Of a DNA stretch of 10,448 nt, positions 6,852-10,448 are shown piece by piece. A model generated the notes under the pieces. It did not search any database and was not told the DNA's origin. It saw only the letters and a list, made by a program, of their open reading frames with translations. Numbering within the stretch: position 1 is the first letter of the stretch; each line of letters begins with the position of its first letter. The translations under genes were made by a program, and so were the position numbers. This stretch comes from Candidatus Hermodarchaeota archaeon (GTDB lineage: Archaea > Asgardarchaeota > Lokiarchaeia > Sigyniarchaeales > SOKP01), in the NCBI GenBank assembly GCA_048885925.1, contig JBHLLG010000100.1, positions 1-10,448 on the forward strand, given 5' to 3'.

Positions 6852-8678
6852 TCAACCATCTTTTTCCTTTGTTTCATGTAAGTCTGCTCCACAAGCCTCA
6901 CAATACGCTTCTAATCCTGAGAGGAATTTTTTAACGAGTTCTGGAGGCAAATTTTCCTCACATTCAGGACAACTCTGAGGCTTTATAGCATTTTCAAATT
7001 CTGATATGATATGAGGGCTCATATCTTCATCTTCAGAAAAGAGATCTACTTTTAATATAGACTTTTGCTCATCTTTATACCCATTTATAGTTAATTTTAA
7101 TCCTACAGAATTTTTACTAAAACTTCCTTCAGCAAATCCTTTAATTGTTCCAATTAATTTACCATCTAATTCTTTTTTTTCAGTATTAATAATAGCAAAA
7201 TTCTTACTTTTTAATACTAATATCAATTTTTGATATAATTGATCTACTTTAAAAGGGAATCTAAATTCCTCACCAACTCTTTTGAATGTAAGAAGATCTT
7301 TTGTTATTTCTTCAAATTCTTCATTTGAAATTGTTTTTGGTTTCAATAATCCACATATTAGTCGGATCTCATGTGGCTTTACATTTATTGTCTCGATTTT
7401 ATCCACTTCATTGATAAAATTAACTACCACATGAATTGTACCTTTTATACAATCTTTTAATGGCTTGAAAACGAAAGAAGGGCTTACAAAACCTCCACCT
7501 TTTGAAACTTTACGAAATTTTGCTCGATCTGGAGATGCCTCGGGATGACCGTCAACTCGCGACAAATTTAAGCTTTCCTCAGGATAGGAAAGAATATGAA
7601 TATTAATATCGGTTATATTATATTTTCCATCGTTGATTACTTTGACTTTAAATATATAATTTCCTCCTACTATCTGTCCCCCTCTTAGAACACGAACATT
7701 TTGAGATTTAAGATCTTGCTTGGTTGGAATTGTGGTGGTATCGAGCTCAAAATCACTTACTTTGATTTCTGGGGATTCAGATATCCTTTCTAATGGTGTA
7801 ACTTGTGGTGTTGGTTCTCGATAAACATTTTTTATAGTTTTTTCAACATGATCTGCTATTTTACCTTTATTCAAATTTAAAAGTATAATTTTATTTTTTG
7901 ATGCTGCCACTAATAACACCTTTTCCTTTTTCTCTGAAAGAATTATATAATTATCAAGACAGCTAATTTTTTCGCCAATTTTGTGCTCAGCAATAACTTC
8001 TTCCTTTGAGTTAATGAGATATACGAATCCAAATCTGTCACCCACTACCAAAATAGATTGGTCTTCAAATTTACATAATGTTAAACATGTAGGTTGGTTT
8101 TGTAAGTGAAAAACTAGTTTTGATTTCCCCTCATTACTAATATTGATAATTTTTCCGGATTTAAGCAAAATAAAAATTTTTCCGATATCATCATTTGAAA
8201 AATGACCAATTGCGCAATCTATAATTGGTTCAGGAGCTTTGAATTCAAGGAAGCTGATACCTTCATTATCTATTCCCACTAACTTTTGATTTTCTAATCC
8301 CACTATAACTTCATCCCGATTATCATCTTTTAAATCTCCAGTCTTCATACATATCACAGGAGAAGCTAATTCTGTAGACCAAATTGGATTACCTTTTGTA
8401 TCCATTACATAAATTAATCCTTCTAATGATCCTGAGATTAATTCTATACTTTCCTTTTTACTGACGGAAGCTATGTTGAAACATGTTATATTCGAAGAGA
8501 ATTCAGTTAGAAAAACTTCATCACCTTCTAAATCAAAAGCTTTCATTTCCGCACCAAACGAACATCCAATTACTTCAGGTTCTGGATCTCCTAGAAGATT
8601 TGCTATTATGCACGAATAAATATTTTTTTTAAATTGACGTTTCCAAATACGATGTATATCGACTAATTGTGTTGGCAT
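6852..8678 (-). CDS. Multidomain protein: FG-GAP/WD-like beta-propeller + linker + putative adaptin-ear (GAE) Ig sandwich + platform domain + C-terminal Zn ribbon (BBS2/BBS7/BBS9-like layout)
   Basis: aa 1-270 hold six repeats of about 44 aa, four of them ending DLEG, DTKG, DNEG, SNEG, with FG-GAP-like loops (NLLGDPEPEVIG, GDLKDDNRDEVIVG). aa ~271-325 are a P/T/E-rich linker. aa ~326-440 are alternating beta strands (FKVKVINDG...ITDINIHI...SPSFVFKP...GTIHVVVNF). aa ~445-566 are alpha/beta. aa 570-596 are CPEC-x19-CEAC. The CDS itself is secure; the domain assignments are by eye. Confidence 0.7.
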   Translation of the reverse strand: MPTQLVDIHRIWKRQFKKNIYSCIIANLLGDPEPEVIGCSFGAEMKAFDLEGDEVFLTEFSSNITCFNIASVSKKESIELISGSLEGLIYVMDTKGNPIWSTELASPVICMKTGDLKDDNRDEVIVGLENQKLVGIDNEGISFLEFKAPEPIIDCAIGHFSNDDIGKIFILLKSGKIINISNEGKSKLVFHLQNQPTCLTLCKFEDQSILVVGDRFGFVYLINSKEEVIAEHKIGEKISCLDNYIILSEKKEKVLLVAASKNKIILLNLNKGKIADHVEKTIKNVYREPTPQVTPLERISESPEIKVSDFELDTTTIPTKQDLKSQNVRVLRGGQIVGGNYIFKVKVINDGKYNITDINIHILSYPEESLNLSRVDGHPEASPDRAKFRKVSKGGGFVSPSFVFKPLKDCIKGTIHVVVNFINEVDKIETINVKPHEIRLICGLLKPKTISNEEFEEITKDLLTFKRVGEEFRFPFKVDQLYQKLILVLKSKNFAIINTEKKELDGKLIGTIKGFAEGSFSKNSVGLKLTINGYKDEQKSILKVDLFSEDEDMSPHIISEFENAIKPQSCPECEENLPPELVKKFLSGLEAYCEACGADLHETKEKDG

Positions 8679-8829
8679 TTCTTATCTCAAGTTTGAATTT
8701 GAAATTTAGTTTCTACTGAATATCAAATAATTAAATTATTTAAATAAATCTAGATGAGCCATTATGATAAAACACTATCTTATTAGGTATAATATTTTTT
8801 TATTATTTTAAAGAGATTATGGTTTATCT

Positions 8830-9297
8830 TTATTCATTCTGGCTCTTATCTGCATCTTCTTTAACTCTTTTAACTAACTTTTTAAAAGCTTGTGTTAAAT
8901 TTCCTAATTCTGTATCTTGGACTTCTAATTCCTTGTCAAAATCTGTATCAATATCTTCAAAAGATACAGTTTTAAGGTCGTGCGTACATAATTTTAAAGC
9001 TATATTTGTTAATTTATGAATTGGCTTTACCATTGAATCTGCAAGCTTCAAGCCTACGAATAGGCTTATTACGATTATCTCCCATAGAGTAATTAATATT
9101 ATTGCTAATTGTATCTCGAGATTTTCAGCAATTCTTGCTTGTTCTTCAGCACTTGCACCGCTAATGCTGTTACCAATGATGTTATTAAATATTGCCGCTG
9201 TAATAGCAATAGTTCCTAAGGAAATCACACAAAAAATAACGAAACTCAAAAGAATTTGTTGCCTAAGACCAAATTTTCGTTTTGTTTCTTGAACCAT
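8830..9297 (-). CDS. Small membrane protein with two TM helices and a C-terminal HAMP domain
   Basis: Hydrophobic segments at aa ~15-37 and ~64-86. HAMP helix 1 is SMVKPIHKLTNIALKL and helix 2 is DTELGNLTQAFKKLVKRVK. The protein ends about 9 aa later. Strong SD site upstream. Confidence 0.85.
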   Translation of the reverse strand: MVQETKRKFGLRQQILLSFVIFCVISLGTIAITAAIFNNIIGNSISGASAEEQARIAENLEIQLAIILITLWEIIVISLFVGLKLADSMVKPIHKLTNIALKLCTHDLKTVSFEDIDTDFDKELEVQDTELGNLTQAFKKLVKRVKEDADKSQNE

Positions 9298-9299
9298 TT

Positions 9300-10448
9300 T
9301 TACACCTCCTCAGGTACAAAACCTTCTATTTCTGATGATGCCATTATTTGTTTTACACTTGTAAAAGCTTCTGCAATGTGTTTTTGAACGTTTGTTGCAG
9401 AATAAATAGGGATATATCTACCATGTGGAGTAGCAGCAACCATTTGAGTCATTTTTCTATGAACCTGTCTAAGCTCTTGTCCAACACCAATTAAAATAAA
9501 ATTAAGAGGTGGACTAAATTCTTTAATATATTTTGCTAGTTTACGGGAATCATACTTATGGCTTTGATTATCTTGACCATCTGTTAAAGTTACAACCCAC
9601 CTTTGTCGTTGTTCAGATACTTCTCCTTGGATAATTGGTGCTTCTTTCAATTTGTCCATCGCTAGTGCTATAGTATCATATAAACAAGTTTGATATGGTG
9701 TTGCTTCCATACTATTAAATATACCTATTATTTCTGAAACATTACCTTTTTTTTCTTTTAATTCGAGGAGTATATTTGAAATTGAATGAAAGGCTATTAT
9801 TGCGACGCGATCTCCGATATTAATTGTTTCATTGAAAACCCCCAGAGCACCAGTTCGAGCTGCTACCATTTTACCACCTGCCATACTCCCAGATTGATCA
9901 ATCACAAAAACTACATCCTTTTTACTAACAAGCAAATCATTAATTTTAGAAAGTTCAAGTTCGGCTTTATGGAGGAGGGTTGTATTTTCTTGGGTTTCAT
10001 ATAGTTGGACCACAGTTTCAAGGATGCTTTTCATTAAAGGGTAATTTCCTAGCTTTTCTGCATATTTCAAAGAATTTTTCAAATGCCCTTCCGCGATTTC
10101 TGTATTGTTTTTTAATAAAGCAAGTCTTCCTAATTGAAATTCATCTTCCGCTAAACCTGCTGTATTTTCCCATTTGCTATCTAGCCTAAATGCTTCATCA
10201 ATTTGATCTTGAGCAAGGTTTAATTCATTTTTTAAAATATGAAGAACACCAATATTTCTTTTTCTTGTCGCAATTCCTTCATCATTACTCATCTCCTTAT
10301 CGATTTTAAGAGCTTTTTCAAAATCATTCATTGCACCTGTCCAATTTTCTTCTGAAAGTAAAAGGAGTGCACGATTATTATATCGTGAGCTTAGTCCCAT
10401 GATATCCTCTTGTTTTTCACCAATTTCAATTGCTTTATCATAACATTC
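9300..10448 (-). CDS. Tetratricopeptide-repeat protein with C-terminal von Willebrand factor A domain; 5'-truncated by the window edge
   Basis: The frame stays open beyond the ATG at 10400 to the window end (ECYDKAIEIGEKQEDI-MGLSS...). Long-type TPR repeats of about 40 aa (GLSSRYNNRALL...AMNDFEKALKI; GIATRKRNIGVL...AQDQIDEAFRL; GLAEDEFQLGRL...AEGHLKNSLKY). vWA domain with MIDAS VVFVIDQSGSM, QTCLYD and VVTLTDGQDN. Confidence 0.9.
   Translation of the reverse strand, partial: ECYDKAIEIGEKQEDIMGLSSRYNNRALLLLSEENWTGAMNDFEKALKIDKEMSNDEGIATRKRNIGVLHILKNELNLAQDQIDEAFRLDSKWENTAGLAEDEFQLGRLALLKNNTEIAEGHLKNSLKYAEKLGNYPLMKSILETVVQLYETQENTTLLHKAELELSKINDLLVSKKDVVFVIDQSGSMAGGKMVAARTGALGVFNETINIGDRVAIIAFHSISNILLELKEKKGNVSEIIGIFNSMEATPYQTCLYDTIALAMDKLKEAPIIQGEVSEQRQRWVVTLTDGQDNQSHKYDSRKLAKYIKEFSPPLNFILIGVGQELRQVHRKMTQMVAATPHGRYIPIYSATNVQKHIAEAFTSVKQIMASSEIEGFVPEEV
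9303..9310 (-). promoter_or_regulatory. Shine-Dalgarno site (AGGAGGTG) for the HAMP gene, embedded in the last codons of the TPR-vWA gene
   Basis: The minus strand reads AGGAGGTG-TAA-AA-ATG: an SD 5 nt before the ATG at 9297, with the upstream stop codon in the spacer. This implies co-transcription and translational coupling. Confidence 0.75.

Noticed and set aside
8736-8747. Perfect 12-bp palindrome TTATTTAAATAA upstream of the 608-aa gene
   Set aside because: All A/T in a very AT-rich spacer, so plausible by chance. It may simply be a TATA element, and I noticed no second copy that would suggest an operator.
8819-9019. 66-aa + strand ORF
   Set aside because: Antisense shadow of the HAMP gene.
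8830-9297. Methyl-accepting chemotaxis protein or histidine kinase pseudogene
   Set aside because: No signalling hairpin or H-box is evident downstream, and the gene has a clean SD, start and stop.
9300-9930. Calling the vWA protein a Sec23/24 homologue or Mg-chelatase ChlD subunit
   Set aside because: No Zn-finger, beta-barrel or gelsolin domains of Sec23/24, and no AAA+ module or acidic-proline linker of ChlD, in the visible part. The vWA is preceded directly by TPRs.
9786-10189. Two short + strand ORFs (72 aa and 69 aa)
   Set aside because: Both are antisense to the well-supported TPR-vWA gene and have no motifs.
1-10448. CRISPR arrays, tRNA/rRNA, IS elements, tandem DNA repeats
   Set aside because: Intergenic gaps are at most about 200 bp and AT-rich. 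I saw no repeat-spacer periodicity, GC-rich structured segments, transposase or integrase by eye.

Overview
AT-rich, gene-dense window that looks archaeal, most likely Asgard/Lokiarchaeia. That assignment is an inference from the AGGAGGTG Shine-Dalgarno site, TATA-like elements and gene content. There are ten protein-coding genes, and the two terminal ones are cut by the window edges. In order: an unknown CxxC protein (+, partial); a geranylgeranyl-reductase-family flavoprotein (-); an alpha/beta hydrolase (+); a MacB/LolCDE-type ABC ATPase and its permease (-); a Staygreen (SGR, Mg-dechelatase) homologue (-) divergent from an AtuG/HSDL2-like short-chain dehydrogenase (+); and a co-oriented minus-strand trio, transcribed as TPR-vWA protein (partial), stand-alone 2TM-HAMP protein, then a 608-aa protein. 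Two things stand out. (1) By eye the 608-aa protein reads as FG-GAP-like beta-propeller + linker + adaptin-ear-like Ig sandwich + platform + Zn ribbon, which is the core layout of BBSome subunits BBS2/7/9 and coatomer/adaptin appendages; it is a candidate proto-coat protein. (2) An SGR homologue with apparently intact catalytic residues sits near enzymes whose families act on isoprenoid chains or esters, suggesting a hypothetical chlorophyll/phytol salvage locus. I saw no RNA genes, CRISPR arrays or mobile elements. All family calls were made by motif recognition, without database searches.
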